From Gemmatimonadota bacterium (GTDB lineage: Bacteria > Gemmatimonadota > Gemmatimonadetes > Palauibacterales > KS3-K002), in assembly GCA_039586795.1 (NCBI GenBank), contig JBDHJS010000032.1, forward strand, positions 13,566-77,565: a stretch of 64,000 nucleotides of DNA, given 5' to 3'. This document shows positions 47,673 through 57,684 of the stretch, in pieces. The position numbers and the translations under genes are program-made. How positions within the stretch are numbered: the stretch's first letter is position 1; every line of letters begins with the position of its first letter. The notes under the pieces were generated by a model, which was not told where the DNA came from, searched no databases, and saw only the letters and a program-made list of their open reading frames with translations.

Positions 47673-50123
47673 ATGAAGCTGCTTCGCCTCGGTTTGAAGC
47701 GCTTCCGGCAGCACGCCGACACTCAACTCGAGTTCCGGCCAGGGCTCACCGGCATCATAGGGCCAAACGGGGCCGGCAAGACAACGATCCTGGAGGCGAT
47801 CGCCTGGGCGATCTACGGCGCGCCGGCGATCCGCGGCACAAAGGATACCCTCCGTTTCAATCGCGCTCCCGGTCGATCAACGGTGCGCGCCGAACTGGAG
47901 TTCGAACTGCGCGGCGAACGGTTCCGCGTGAGCCGAACGCCCCGCACCGCCGAGCTCTTCAAAGCGGAAACGGAAGACCCGATCGCCGCCGGAGTAATGG
48001 AGGTGACCCGGCAGCTGACCCGCCGTCTCGGTATGACGCGCCGCGAGTTCTATAACACCTACTTCACGGGCCAGAAGCAATTGCAGTTCCTCGCGGCGAT
48101 GAAGCCCGCGGAACGCGCTCGCTTCTTGTCACAGGTATTGGGTTACGAACGGTTGCGCATAGCACAGGATCTGGTCGGCGAACAGCGCAGAGTGCTGCGT
48201 GGCCAGGTCGAGGAACTGACACGCACGCTGGGCGATCCGGAGAAGATCAAAGCGGAGTTAGAATCGACGGAGGAACGTCTCAAGGAGGCGAACGCGACGC
48301 TCGCCGGAGCAGAGAAGCAGCAAACCGAGGCCGCCACACGCTTCGCTGAGCTCGAGCCAGTGTGGACGGACTTGCAGGCCAAGCGCGAACGGTACACGGA
48401 ACTGCAGCAGCAGATCCTCGTGGCGGATACAAAACTGGGACGTGTCGCGGAAGAGCAAAAGAAGGCGGAGGTCGAGCTTGCTACGCTCTCCGAGGCAGCT
48501 AGTGAACTGGACAAGTTGAGATCCGATGTAGCGCCACTCAGCGGCTTAAGGGAAGAAGAGGAGCAACTCCGCGTGCTGGCCGATACTGATTCGCGTCGCC
48601 GTGCTCTGGCTGGCCAGCTAGAGGAGCAGCGCAACCGCGTCGAAGCTATAGCCAAGAAGATCGGCGAGCAGGAGGAGAAGGGCCGCGGCCGAGACGAGCT
48701 AAAGGAGAAGCTCGCTCAACAGGAAGAAGAGTGTGAGCGGCTCGAAAAGAAGCGAGAGGAGGTGGCGTCGCACTGGCAGGGTGACAGACAGGAAGTGGCT
48801 GCCCAGCTTCGCATTCTGCTAGACCAGGCCAAGGAGCTTGAAGACAAGGTAGCGCAACTCGAGAAGGAGGGTCCTGACGGCGTTTGCCCGACGTGTCAGC
48901 GACCTCTGGGTGCGGAATACGAGAGCGTGCTCGGTCTGGTACGCGATGACTACGAGAACATCGTTCAGGATGGGAAGTGGTTCCGCAAACGGGAAAAACA
49001 ACTCGAAGCCGAGCCGCAAGAGGTCATTGAGTCTCGCGAGATACTCGGCGTGGCGCGTGAGGAACAGGAACGGTTGATGGCCCAGCTCGCGGAGGCGGAA
49101 TCGGCATCGTCGCAGGCAGCAAGCCTGAGATCGGAGCTGGAAGCCGAGGAGGTGCGGGCCCGGAAGCTGGCGGGTGAGATCGCTGTACTGGCGGAAGGCT
49201 ACGACCCAGTCCGGCACAAGGACGTTCGTGAGTCCCTCGAACGGTTGAACGATCTGGAAAAACAGATAACACAGCTGGAAACGCGCCTTGAACGCGAGCT
49301 AGCGCTGAAGGCTGATCTGGCGGAAGCCCAGGAGGAGGAGCGGCAGATAAGAAGCCAGATTGCTGAGCTGGAGAAGTTCCTCGCCGACCTCGGCTTCTCG
49401 GAGGACGAGTACGCAGCCGCCGGTCTCAGATTCGAAGAGGCTCGCGTTGCGCTGGAGGCGACCCGGTTGAAAGTGGCGGAGGCCAAAACGGAACTCGAGG
49501 GCGCACGCGCCGCTGCGGAGTCAGCGCGTCAGACGGAGAAAGAATACAAACAGTTGAAGAGCACGATCGGCGAGCGCGAACGCGAGCTACGTTTGCACAA
49601 CGGTCTCACGCGGGCGCTTGGCGAGCTCCGGCACGAGTTGAACGATCGTGTTCGTCCTGAGCTCTCGGAAGTCGCCAGCGTATTCCTGACAGAGCTGACC
49701 GACGGCCGCTACAACCGACTCGATATCTCGAAAGACTACGATGTGGTAGTGCTCGATGACGGTGAGGAGAAGCCGGTGATATCGGGCGGCGAAGAGGACC
49801 TGGCTAACCTGGTCCTACGACTAGCGATCAGCCAGATGATCGCCGATCGGGCGGGGCAGACCCTGTCATTGCTCATCTTCGATGAAGTCTTCGGCGGGCT
49901 CGACGACCAACGCCGTGACAGCGTCGTGCGTCTGTTGCAGCGACTTCAAGATCGATTCGAACAGGTTGTGCTGATCACACACATCGAATCGATACGGGAC
50001 GGAATGGATCAGGTTGTCCGCGTGATGTACGATGACTCTTCTGGCGCCAGCCTGATTCAGGACGAGAGTCCCGGTGCATCGTCCGAGGAGCCCCGACTCG
50101 AAGATCTGGTTCTGACGACCTGA
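47673..50123 (+). CDS. sbcC: Rad50/SbcC SMC-like ATPase
   Basis: GPNGAGKTT, Q-loop, coiled coils with a central CPTC zinc hook, ISGGE and IFDEVFGGLD. Confidence 0.94.
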   Translation: MKLLRLGLKRFRQHADTQLEFRPGLTGIIGPNGAGKTTILEAIAWAIYGAPAIRGTKDTLRFNRAPGRSTVRAELEFELRGERFRVSRTPRTAELFKAETEDPIAAGVMEVTRQLTRRLGMTRREFYNTYFTGQKQLQFLAAMKPAERARFLSQVLGYERLRIAQDLVGEQRRVLRGQVEELTRTLGDPEKIKAELESTEERLKEANATLAGAEKQQTEAATRFAELEPVWTDLQAKRERYTELQQQILVADTKLGRVAEEQKKAEVELATLSEAASELDKLRSDVAPLSGLREEEEQLRVLADTDSRRRALAGQLEEQRNRVEAIAKKIGEQEEKGRGRDELKEKLAQQEEECERLEKKREEVASHWQGDRQEVAAQLRILLDQAKELEDKVAQLEKEGPDGVCPTCQRPLGAEYESVLGLVRDDYENIVQDGKWFRKREKQLEAEPQEVIESREILGVAREEQERLMAQLAEAESASSQAASLRSELEAEEVRARKLAGEIAVLAEGYDPVRHKDVRESLERLNDLEKQITQLETRLERELALKADLAEAQEEERQIRSQIAELEKFLADLGFSEDEYAAAGLRFEEARVALEATRLKVAEAKTELEGARAAAESARQTEKEYKQLKSTIGERERELRLHNGLTRALGELRHELNDRVRPELSEVASVFLTELTDGRYNRLDISKDYDVVVLDDGEEKPVISGGEEDLANLVLRLAISQMIADRAGQTLSLLIFDEVFGGLDDQRRDSVVRLLQRLQDRFEQVVLITHIESIRDGMDQVVRVMYDDSSGASLIQDESPGASSEEPRLEDLVLTT

Positions 50124-50132
50124 AGCCCTGCC

Positions 50133-52676
50133 CTAGTTCCCCCCTCCACCTTCGACGTTCGTGTCCGACGGCAGCTCTATGGGCTGCGTCTCCATGTCCG
50201 TCATCGGTATGGGCGGTACGGTGGTCTCCGCTCTTTCCGGTCGCATGTCCTCCGGCAGCGGACCGATCGCCACCTCCAAAAAATCGATGGCCCGGTTCAC
50301 GGCCGAGTCGGATGCGGTCTGGTTTCCGACCACCAGATGGGCGTTCGCCAGCGCCATGTACGCCTGATAGTACTGCAGCGGGATACCGCTGGTCGTTGGG
50401 TCGGGCCAGTGCGACCAATCGGTGATGTCACGATAGATGTAGTGATCCTCCAACAACGTTCGCGTTCGTTCGACGTCGATCCAGAACGGCACGACGCGGC
50501 CGCCCTGCACACGCGCTTGAATCGGCACGGGGACGACCGTCGAAGTCGGTTGGAAGTCGCCGCTCGACTCTAGCCTGTAAGCGACACCCTGGCGAATCAT
50601 CCAGGGCTGCAGGTTGAAGCGCTCGAAGGTTCCCGTGGTGCCGGCAAAGTACACGGGGCGATCGCCGGCTGCGGTTTGCAGGATCTGCAACAGCATGATG
50701 TCATTGCGCAGGAGGCGCGAGCCTCTGGGCAGGGTCCCGACGATGCCGCCAATAGGAACGGCCTGCGTATCGGGGAATACGGCGCAACGCCCTCCTTGGG
50801 TCGGGAAGCATTCCGGCACCGCGGCAATCTGCGCGTCCGTTGCCTCGAGAATCGGTCGCGTTGGCGGCGTCCACGCTGAGTCAGCGTATAGCGGTAGAGC
50901 CTTGTCGGGCTCGAACGGACGCTGGCAGATGATCCGCGACGCGTCACTGTTCGGGTCCTCGTCGCCGCAGGGTCGCGTCAGATCACGGAGCTGTGTCGAG
51001 TACCACGGCGTTGCCAAATACGAATAGACGATCACCGTAACATCGCGGCGCAACCCCTCCACCTCTTGAAGATACCAGAGGGGGAATGTGTCGTTGTCGC
51101 CGTTGGTAAACACGATTGAATACGGGTCCACCGACATCAGGAGATTGTACGCCCAGTCGCGGGACGCGTAGTCTCCGGCGCGGCTGGCATAGCTCCAGTT
51201 CAACAACAGTGGTAGCAGAGCTACCAGCATTACCGGACTTGCCCGCTTTAGTTGGGCTGTGGTGATCCGTGCTTGCGCCTTGCCGAGGTACTCGGCGAGT
51301 TCGCGCCAGAGCGCTGCGAGTCCCACGCCGGCCCAAACGCCCCAGAACGAGAACGAGACTATGTAGAAGTAGTCGCGTTCACGTACCTCGCGCCAATCCC
51401 GCGGCACGGGAACCATCGAACCGTCCGGGCCGACGGTAGTCGCCGGGACCGAATAGCCGTACCTGAAGTTCAGGTAGATGACGAGACCGAACGAGACAGT
51501 GGCGAAGAGCGTCGCGAAGTAGATCCACGACAGGCGGTCTGCATAGTAGTGCCTCCAGGCACCAAACAGTCCGAGCAGCAAGAAGATTAGCGTGATCGGT
51601 GCACGCATCTTTGACAGGAACGTATTGCCACCGTCGAGGCTTCGCGCCCATTGCCAGTCGAAGTACTGGGCGAAGTTGGCAACCTGCCATTTCACCAGTT
51701 CCAGGTCTCGTAGCGGGTTGCGGTCTGCGCCGGGTAGATACGTGACCGGATTCAGATTGATCGGTGGCTTCCGATACTGCTCGCGGCGTAGAGATGAGGC
51801 TAGCGCCGCGCAGCGGTCGTCTTCCTTCTTCGGCTTCAACAGCGACACGGGCGGATGCAACCGTACGATGTCGATCGTCGCATCGACCAGGGACTCGCAA
51901 GCCGGCGCCGCTTCGTTGATAACCGGCTGCTGGTTCGCGCGAATCGGCAAGAAGAGCTGCGCCGACAGCCCCAAGAACCACGCCATGGCGGCGAACGCGT
52001 AGAGTCGCCAGCGCGTCAGCACGCGGGGGTGCACCCAGAGAATGAACAGGAGCATCGCCGGCGCCACCAGAAACGCCATCATGTGGTTGCCCAGCGACAA
52101 TGCCAGCAGGAAGACGATCAAAATCAGTATGTTGTCGTCCTTGCCTTTTCCCAGATTGTCCCGCCACCTGAAGATGAGCCAGGTCAGCAACGCGATCGTC
52201 ATCATGCTGACCGTGTAGACCTTCTCGTTCACCACCGACTGGTTCCACACGGTGAACGCGGTGGCGGACAGCAGAGCCGCGGCTGCCGCGCCAAGCAGGC
52301 GGTACATCTCGTCGGCGGAGAAGAAGGCCAGCACGCGATGAACGACCAGGAACCAGAACGCGGCCGCCGTGGCGCTCATCGCTGCGGAGAACAGGTTGAT
52401 CTTTACGGCGATCGGCAACGGAACCGGAGCCATCAACAGCTCCCACGCCCGCGCCAGGATGATGAATACCGGGTTACCCGGGGGATGCGGGATGCCCATG
52501 ATATGGGCGGTGGCAATGTACTCGCTGGTGTCCCAGAATGCAGTGCTGGGTGCCAGCGTGATGACGTAGAGGGCAAAGACCGCCAACCCTACGATGCCAG
52601 CCCACCTGTAGGGAGGCTGGAAGTCCGGGGCGCCAACTTCGGGCGCATCTATGCGTTCGGCTTTTTCCTGTGCCAT
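50133..52676 (-). CDS. DUF2723 / TMEM260-like GT-C membrane glycosyltransferase
   Basis: FWDTSEY, GIPHPPGNP, EVRERDYFY and FTNGDNDTFPLWY with many TM segments. Confidence 0.88.
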   Translation of the reverse strand: MAQEKAERIDAPEVGAPDFQPPYRWAGIVGLAVFALYVITLAPSTAFWDTSEYIATAHIMGIPHPPGNPVFIILARAWELLMAPVPLPIAVKINLFSAAMSATAAAFWFLVVHRVLAFFSADEMYRLLGAAAAALLSATAFTVWNQSVVNEKVYTVSMMTIALLTWLIFRWRDNLGKGKDDNILILIVFLLALSLGNHMMAFLVAPAMLLFILWVHPRVLTRWRLYAFAAMAWFLGLSAQLFLPIRANQQPVINEAAPACESLVDATIDIVRLHPPVSLLKPKKEDDRCAALASSLRREQYRKPPINLNPVTYLPGADRNPLRDLELVKWQVANFAQYFDWQWARSLDGGNTFLSKMRAPITLIFLLLGLFGAWRHYYADRLSWIYFATLFATVSFGLVIYLNFRYGYSVPATTVGPDGSMVPVPRDWREVRERDYFYIVSFSFWGVWAGVGLAALWRELAEYLGKAQARITTAQLKRASPVMLVALLPLLLNWSYASRAGDYASRDWAYNLLMSVDPYSIVFTNGDNDTFPLWYLQEVEGLRRDVTVIVYSYLATPWYSTQLRDLTRPCGDEDPNSDASRIICQRPFEPDKALPLYADSAWTPPTRPILEATDAQIAAVPECFPTQGGRCAVFPDTQAVPIGGIVGTLPRGSRLLRNDIMLLQILQTAAGDRPVYFAGTTGTFERFNLQPWMIRQGVAYRLESSGDFQPTSTVVPVPIQARVQGGRVVPFWIDVERTRTLLEDHYIYRDITDWSHWPDPTTSGIPLQYYQAYMALANAHLVVGNQTASDSAVNRAIDFLEVAIGPLPEDMRPERAETTVPPIPMTDMETQPIELPSDTNVEGGGGN

Positions 52677-52766
52677 TTCTCGATGATTGCTGGGTTTTCT
52701 CTCAAAGTATGGCCGCTGTGGCGGACTATATATATGTCAGGTGCTTGCTACGCTCAATGCCTGTCG

Positions 52767-54746
52767 CTACGCCGGCTCCAGCAGCAGGTCCCCGGTCTTC
52801 GCTGCCTGTAGGCTCCAACCGACGGGGAGCCACGTGGTGCTGCTGTATTCGGCGATGATCGCCGGGCCCGCTATGCGGTGGTCCGCACCCAGCGCCTCTC
52901 GTAGGTACATCGGGACCTCGTTCCAGCTTCCATTGAAGTAGACGCGGGTCGAACCTGCAGGGTTCGCCGGCGCTGCGCCGGGAGTCAGGCTTGGCGGTTC
53001 CACGCGGGATACTTTCGCTCGCGCAACGACTCTCACGGTTACGGCTTCCACTGGGGCGGCATCGCGGCGGAACCCGAAACGCTGGTCGTGCGCCGTGTGA
53101 AACGCCTCCAGCCACTCCTCCGAGGCGGGGACGGTGAGCTCGTAGCTCTGTCCGCGGTAGCGAGCGTCGATGGCGCGCTCGATGGCGACCGCATCTTCTG
53201 GAACGCCCTCGCTCTCCAGCTCGGTGCGCGCCGATGCCTCCAGGTCCCCGAACACCGGCTGCAGTGCGGCAAGCTCTGCTTCCGCCCCGCTGCGCAGTAC
53301 GCTTCTTGATGCATCCTTCCGAACGTCGGCGACGAGTATGCCGCGCGCCGACAGAGTGCCGGGGTCCGGCGGCACCAACACGCGCGGTACGCCCAGTCTC
53401 GCCGCTAACTCGACAGCATGAAGCGGTGCCGCGCCGCCGAAGGCCACGAGCACCAGGTCAGCCGGGTCGTAGCCCCGCTCCACCGAGATGAGCCGCAACG
53501 CACCCTCCATCCGTGTGTTCGCGACTTCCAGCACACCCTCTGCCGCAGCCTCCGTCGTCTGACCGAGTTCCTCGGCAAGTTTCTCTAGAGGGCCTGCGAC
53601 GGAATCACGATCCAACTGCTGGCGACCGCCCAGGAACAGGTCGGGCGGTATGCGACCGAGCCAGACATGCGCGTCGGTCACGGCGACATCCGTACCGCCG
53701 CGGCCATAGCAGATCGGTCCGGGAACCGCGCCGGCGCTCTCGGGCCCGACCTTGAGCGCGCCCCCGGGGTCGCGCCGCGCCAGCGAGCCGCCGCCCGCGC
53801 CTACCGTATGAATGTCCAGCACCGGGATCGCCACGGCGCAGCCGGATATCTCGTACTCCCTGGTGGCCAGCGGTCGGCCCGGGCACAGCGAAACGTCGGT
53901 CGATGTACCACCCATGTCGAACGATAGAACCCGGTCGTAGCCGGCCCGCTTCGCTGCCTCGAGAGCCGCTACCACGCCGCCCGCCGGTCCGGACAAGATG
54001 GTATGCACCGGCTCCCGCACAGCGCGTTCGACGGAAAACGCGCCACCACCTGAGGCCATGATTCGCACGCGTTCAGCGCCGCTCTCCGCACCCAGCGTTC
54101 CCAGGTAACGCGTGACCAGCGGAGCCACATAGGCATTAGTCAGCGCCGTCGAAAAGCGTTCGTATTCACGATACTCCGGTAGCAGACGCGCCGAGCAGGT
54201 GATGGGGACACCAAGCGCTTCGAGGATCTTGGCCGCCGCTTCCTCGTGCGCCGGGTTCGCGTAGCTGTGCAAAAAGCCGATGGCTACCGAGTCGAACGCG
54301 CTCAGCCGTTCCAGCAGCGCAACGACTTCCCCGGTGTCCAGGCCGCTTTCCTCGCTTGCGTCCTTCAACATGCGCCCGGCGACGCCGAAGCGATTCTTGG
54401 TGTCGACAAGAGGAGGCGGCCGCTCTGCTACCAGCGAGTAGAGCTGCGAAGCCGGGCGAGCCTGGCGGCCGATTTCAATGACATCCTCGAATCCAGCGTT
54501 GGTGATCCAGGCCGTCAACGCCCCACGACGTTCCAGCAGCGCGTTCGTCGCCACCGTCGATCCGTGGGCCAACACAAACGGCTCGCCCGGATCGAGAACC
54601 TCGCGCAGCCCAGCCAGCACCGCCTCCGCCGGATTGTCGGGTGTCGATGCACGCTTGTGGACACGGGTCGAGCCGTCGCGCACCACGACGAAGTCGGTGA
54701 ATGTGCCGCCGGTGTCTACAGCGACCGTAGTAGGTATCGTTTCCAT
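52767..54746 (-). CDS. Hydantoinase/5-oxoprolinase subunit A
   Basis: DTGGTFTD, HGSTVATNALLER, SGPAGG, DMGGTSTD, GAGGGS and RYRGQSYEL. Confidence 0.93.
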   Translation of the reverse strand: METIPTTVAVDTGGTFTDFVVVRDGSTRVHKRASTPDNPAEAVLAGLREVLDPGEPFVLAHGSTVATNALLERRGALTAWITNAGFEDVIEIGRQARPASQLYSLVAERPPPLVDTKNRFGVAGRMLKDASEESGLDTGEVVALLERLSAFDSVAIGFLHSYANPAHEEAAAKILEALGVPITCSARLLPEYREYERFSTALTNAYVAPLVTRYLGTLGAESGAERVRIMASGGGAFSVERAVREPVHTILSGPAGGVVAALEAAKRAGYDRVLSFDMGGTSTDVSLCPGRPLATREYEISGCAVAIPVLDIHTVGAGGGSLARRDPGGALKVGPESAGAVPGPICYGRGGTDVAVTDAHVWLGRIPPDLFLGGRQQLDRDSVAGPLEKLAEELGQTTEAAAEGVLEVANTRMEGALRLISVERGYDPADLVLVAFGGAAPLHAVELAARLGVPRVLVPPDPGTLSARGILVADVRKDASRSVLRSGAEAELAALQPVFGDLEASARTELESEGVPEDAVAIERAIDARYRGQSYELTVPASEEWLEAFHTAHDQRFGFRRDAAPVEAVTVRVVARAKVSRVEPPSLTPGAAPANPAGSTRVYFNGSWNEVPMYLREALGADHRIAGPAIIAEYSSTTWLPVGWSLQAAKTGDLLLEPA

Positions 54747-54936
54747 CGGCGGGATAAGCTACCCGGGTGCGGCAACGCGCGAAACCCGGAGCCAGTCGGT
54801 TGGCATCCGGCGCTTGGGTTATCCGGCCTAGCCTGTTAGCTTGCAACTTCGACCACCACAGAACCCAGCGGCCAAGCGCGCATAGCCCGCGCGCCCGGCC
54901 TTGTCCATTCAGAATTGCCCATCGGAGTTAGCGATC

Positions 54937-55437
54937 ATGAAGGCCGAGAGAGCGCAGTGGCTCACGCAGGGACTCGTTGCCGGTCTGGTAAGTTATGCGG
55001 CCGTGGCGGTGTTCTTTCTGATCGTCAATTTGATTGGCGGGCGCTCTCCATTTCACACCGCCGCCGTGCTTGGCTCCAGTTTCTTCTATGGACTCGAGGA
55101 TCCGGCAAACCTTGTTATCGCACCGGGGCCGGTGCTCGCCTACAATGGCGTTCACCTGATACTGTCGATCATTGCGGGAACCGTGGCGTCGTGGTTGTTG
55201 TTCGAAACCGAGCGTCACCACTTCTTGTGGTATTTCGTGTTCTTCATCTTCCTGGCCGGTTTTATGTATAGCTCGGTATTGATCGGAGTCGTGGGCGCCG
55301 AGATTTCACACATCGTTCCGTGGTGGTCTGTCATTACGGCAAACGTCATTTGGTTGGCGGCGCTCGTCTCCTACTTGTGGTTCCATCACCGAAGTCTGAT
55401 TAGCGCGCTGAGTCAGGAGCAGGAATCAGCGACCTAG
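54937..55437 (+). CDS. Uncharacterised 4-TM membrane protein (one copy of a repeated domain)
   Basis: GLVAG..PFHTAAVLG..YNGVH..W.SVITAN; homologous to both halves of the next gene. Confidence 0.8.
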   Translation: MKAERAQWLTQGLVAGLVSYAAVAVFFLIVNLIGGRSPFHTAAVLGSSFFYGLEDPANLVIAPGPVLAYNGVHLILSIIAGTVASWLLFETERHHFLWYFVFFIFLAGFMYSSVLIGVVGAEISHIVPWWSVITANVIWLAALVSYLWFHHRSLISALSQEQESAT

Positions 55438-55456
55438 TTCACGAGAAGGAGGCTTG

Positions 55457-56434
55457 ATGGCACCCAAGCGAACCGTTCTCAAGGGTCTTGTCGCTGGCGT
55501 AGTCGGCGCGACGATTCTCGCCTTGTGGTTTCTCATCATCGACGCCGCTCAAGGCCAGCCGTTTCACACCCCGGCCTTCCTAGCGCGGGTGCTCCTGAAC
55601 ATGGACGGGGCAGGTGTGTCCCCAATTGTACTGTACACGCTGGTTCATTTCGCAGCATTCGCCGGCGTCGGGATCGCTATGGCGTGGCTGGCAGGGCGGC
55701 TCGAGTCTTGTCCACCGATCGTGCTAGGATTGATACTCGGTTTCGTGCTGTTCGACATCGTTTTCTACCTCGGGGTTTTGCTAACTGGGGCGGATGTCGT
55801 CCAGGAGCTGGGTTGGCCTCAAGTTCTATCGGGCAACTTGATTGCTGGTGTTGGCCTCATGGTTTATCTGAGCCGGAGTTTGAAGCTGTCGTCGCCGGAC
55901 TGGCTTTGGGCGCTGGCTCAGCAGCGGGTAGTACGAGAGGGTTTCAAGATCGGATTGATCGGCGTACTGACCGTGATGCTCTGGTTCACGTTCGTCGATA
56001 TAGTCGACAGAGGCTTTTTGTTCACGCCGGGCGCCTTGGGTTCCGCTCTCTTCCTGGGCGCGACGAGCGTAGAAGACGTGCAGATCAGCTTGTTGACGGT
56101 TGGCGGATACACGATCGTCCATATGGCAACGTTTTTCATCGTCGGACTGGTGGCCGCTACGATAGCTATCAGCGCCGAAAGGTTGCCGCCGCTATTACTC
56201 GCGGGTCTGCTTATCTTCGCGGCTTTCGAGGCGTTCTTTCTCGGTATGCTAGGTGTGGTGGCCGAGTGGCTTGTCGACGTGCTGGACTGGGTGACGATTG
56301 GCATAGGCAACTTGCTTGGGACCCTGGCGATAGCCTACGTGCTTTGGCAGGAGCATCCCAAGTTGCGCGGGGCCCTCAGCATGTCGACGCTCCTGGGCGA
56401 TGAAGACCTGGCCGCGAAAGAACAAGACAACTGA
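55457..56434 (+). CDS. Uncharacterised 8-TM membrane protein with internal duplication
   Basis: AGGAGG RBS; two copies of the domain (PFHTPAFL..YTLVH..WPQVLSGN and FLFTPGAL..YTIVH..WVTIGIGN). Confidence 0.82.
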   Translation: MAPKRTVLKGLVAGVVGATILALWFLIIDAAQGQPFHTPAFLARVLLNMDGAGVSPIVLYTLVHFAAFAGVGIAMAWLAGRLESCPPIVLGLILGFVLFDIVFYLGVLLTGADVVQELGWPQVLSGNLIAGVGLMVYLSRSLKLSSPDWLWALAQQRVVREGFKIGLIGVLTVMLWFTFVDIVDRGFLFTPGALGSALFLGATSVEDVQISLLTVGGYTIVHMATFFIVGLVAATIAISAERLPPLLLAGLLIFAAFEAFFLGMLGVVAEWLVDVLDWVTIGIGNLLGTLAIAYVLWQEHPKLRGALSMSTLLGDEDLAAKEQDN

Positions 56435-56496
56435 GAGCTAGTTAGGGCGCGAGAGACCGGGACTCCCCGAGCCTCGCGCGATTCTGATCTTTCGAC

Positions 56497-57315
56497 ATGC
56501 AGTGGTGGTGTTCAGCTCAGACGGCAGCTTGGGCCTGGAGCTGGCAGGCCTATCCCGGTGTCTGGATCTTCGTTCTGGCGCTGGGGAGCCTGTATTGGAT
56601 TGCCCGTCGCAGGTGGGAGACGGAGACACATTCAAAGCGGGATAGCCGGCTCAGGCTGGCGAGCTTCTGTTCCGCGCTTCTCTGTTTGTGGGCCGCCCTC
56701 GATTGGCCGATTGGTGCGCTGGGTGCGGGCTATCTGGCCAGCGCCCACATGGTTCAATTCCTCCTCATCGCACTGATATCACCACCGTTGCTCCTTTCCG
56801 CGCTGCCGCCAAACGCGTATGAAGCACTGGCGGCCAGACCAGCTGTTCTCAGGTTGTTGAACGTTCTGACCAGCCCTTTGATCGCCCTCGCCGTGTTCAA
56901 TGTCGTGCTGGTGGCGACCCACTGGCCTTCGGTCGTCGACAGCATGATGTCGACACAGTGGGGCTCGTTCACGCTCGACATGGCGTGGTGGACAGGCGGG
57001 TTGTTACTCTGGTGGCCCATCGTTGCTCCCGTCCCTGAGCGCCCGCGCTTCACCTACATGTATAAGATCGGCTACCTCATTCTGGCCACGATCCTCAACA
57101 CGCCGGCGTTCGCGCTGCTGACCTTTTCCGATCTACCGCTCTACGCGACGTTCGAGCTCGCGCCTCCCGTCTCGGGCTTGACGACGCGAGTCGATCAGAG
57201 AATTGCGGGCTTGCTAATGAAGATAGGTGGCGGATTGATCTTCTGGACCGCGATTACAATCCTGTTCGCCCGTTGGTACATGAGCGAACAGGCCAGCGAG
57301 GATGTTTCAGGTTAG
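56497..57315 (+). CDS. ctaG: caa3-type cytochrome c oxidase assembly factor (Caa3_CtaG)
   Basis: SAHMVQFLL..PPLLL, LLWWPI and DQRIAGLLMKIGG. Confidence 0.87.
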   Translation: MQWWCSAQTAAWAWSWQAYPGVWIFVLALGSLYWIARRRWETETHSKRDSRLRLASFCSALLCLWAALDWPIGALGAGYLASAHMVQFLLIALISPPLLLSALPPNAYEALAARPAVLRLLNVLTSPLIALAVFNVVLVATHWPSVVDSMMSTQWGSFTLDMAWWTGGLLLWWPIVAPVPERPRFTYMYKIGYLILATILNTPAFALLTFSDLPLYATFELAPPVSGLTTRVDQRIAGLLMKIGGGLIFWTAITILFARWYMSEQASEDVSG

Positions 57316-57316
57316 C

Positions 57317-57673
57317 CTACATTCCGTCGAGAGTGCCCATCCCGCGCGGGAAGACGTGGAACAGGACGATCAGTGCCACGATAACAAAGACGGCCAGTAT
57401 CAATGGCGCGACGAAGACGCCGCTGAAGATGGGACTATCGAAGCGAAGGTGCATGTAGAACATCACCACCAGAGCGAACTTCCCAGTCGACAACACCAGC
57501 AGTAGGGGCACCAGGACACCTCCGAGCGCCGGGATATAGAACACCGCGACCTCGGCTGCGGTGATCACGGTCAGGATTACCCCGACCATGACGTAGAATC
57601 GCCACGTCGGATGCGCGTGAGATCCAGCTTCAGCGGTGTCGTGGGCCTCTGCTTGAGTTGGGGACGAAGTCAT
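57317..57673 (-). CDS. ctaF: Cytochrome c oxidase subunit IV
   Basis: Three TM segments, ITAAEV and KFALVVMFYMHLRFD; follows subunit III. Confidence 0.88.
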   Translation of the reverse strand: MTSSPTQAEAHDTAEAGSHAHPTWRFYVMVGVILTVITAAEVAVFYIPALGGVLVPLLLVLSTGKFALVVMFYMHLRFDSPIFSGVFVAPLILAVFVIVALIVLFHVFPRGMGTLDGM

Positions 57674-57684
57674 CTTTAGCTCCG

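Noticed and set aside
42693..50123. A named anti-phage system (Wadjet, Lamassu, Nezha, Sir2-HerA)
   Set aside because: There is no kleisin, Sir2 or effector gene; the zinc-hook Rad50 plus Mre11 fits SbcCD repair.
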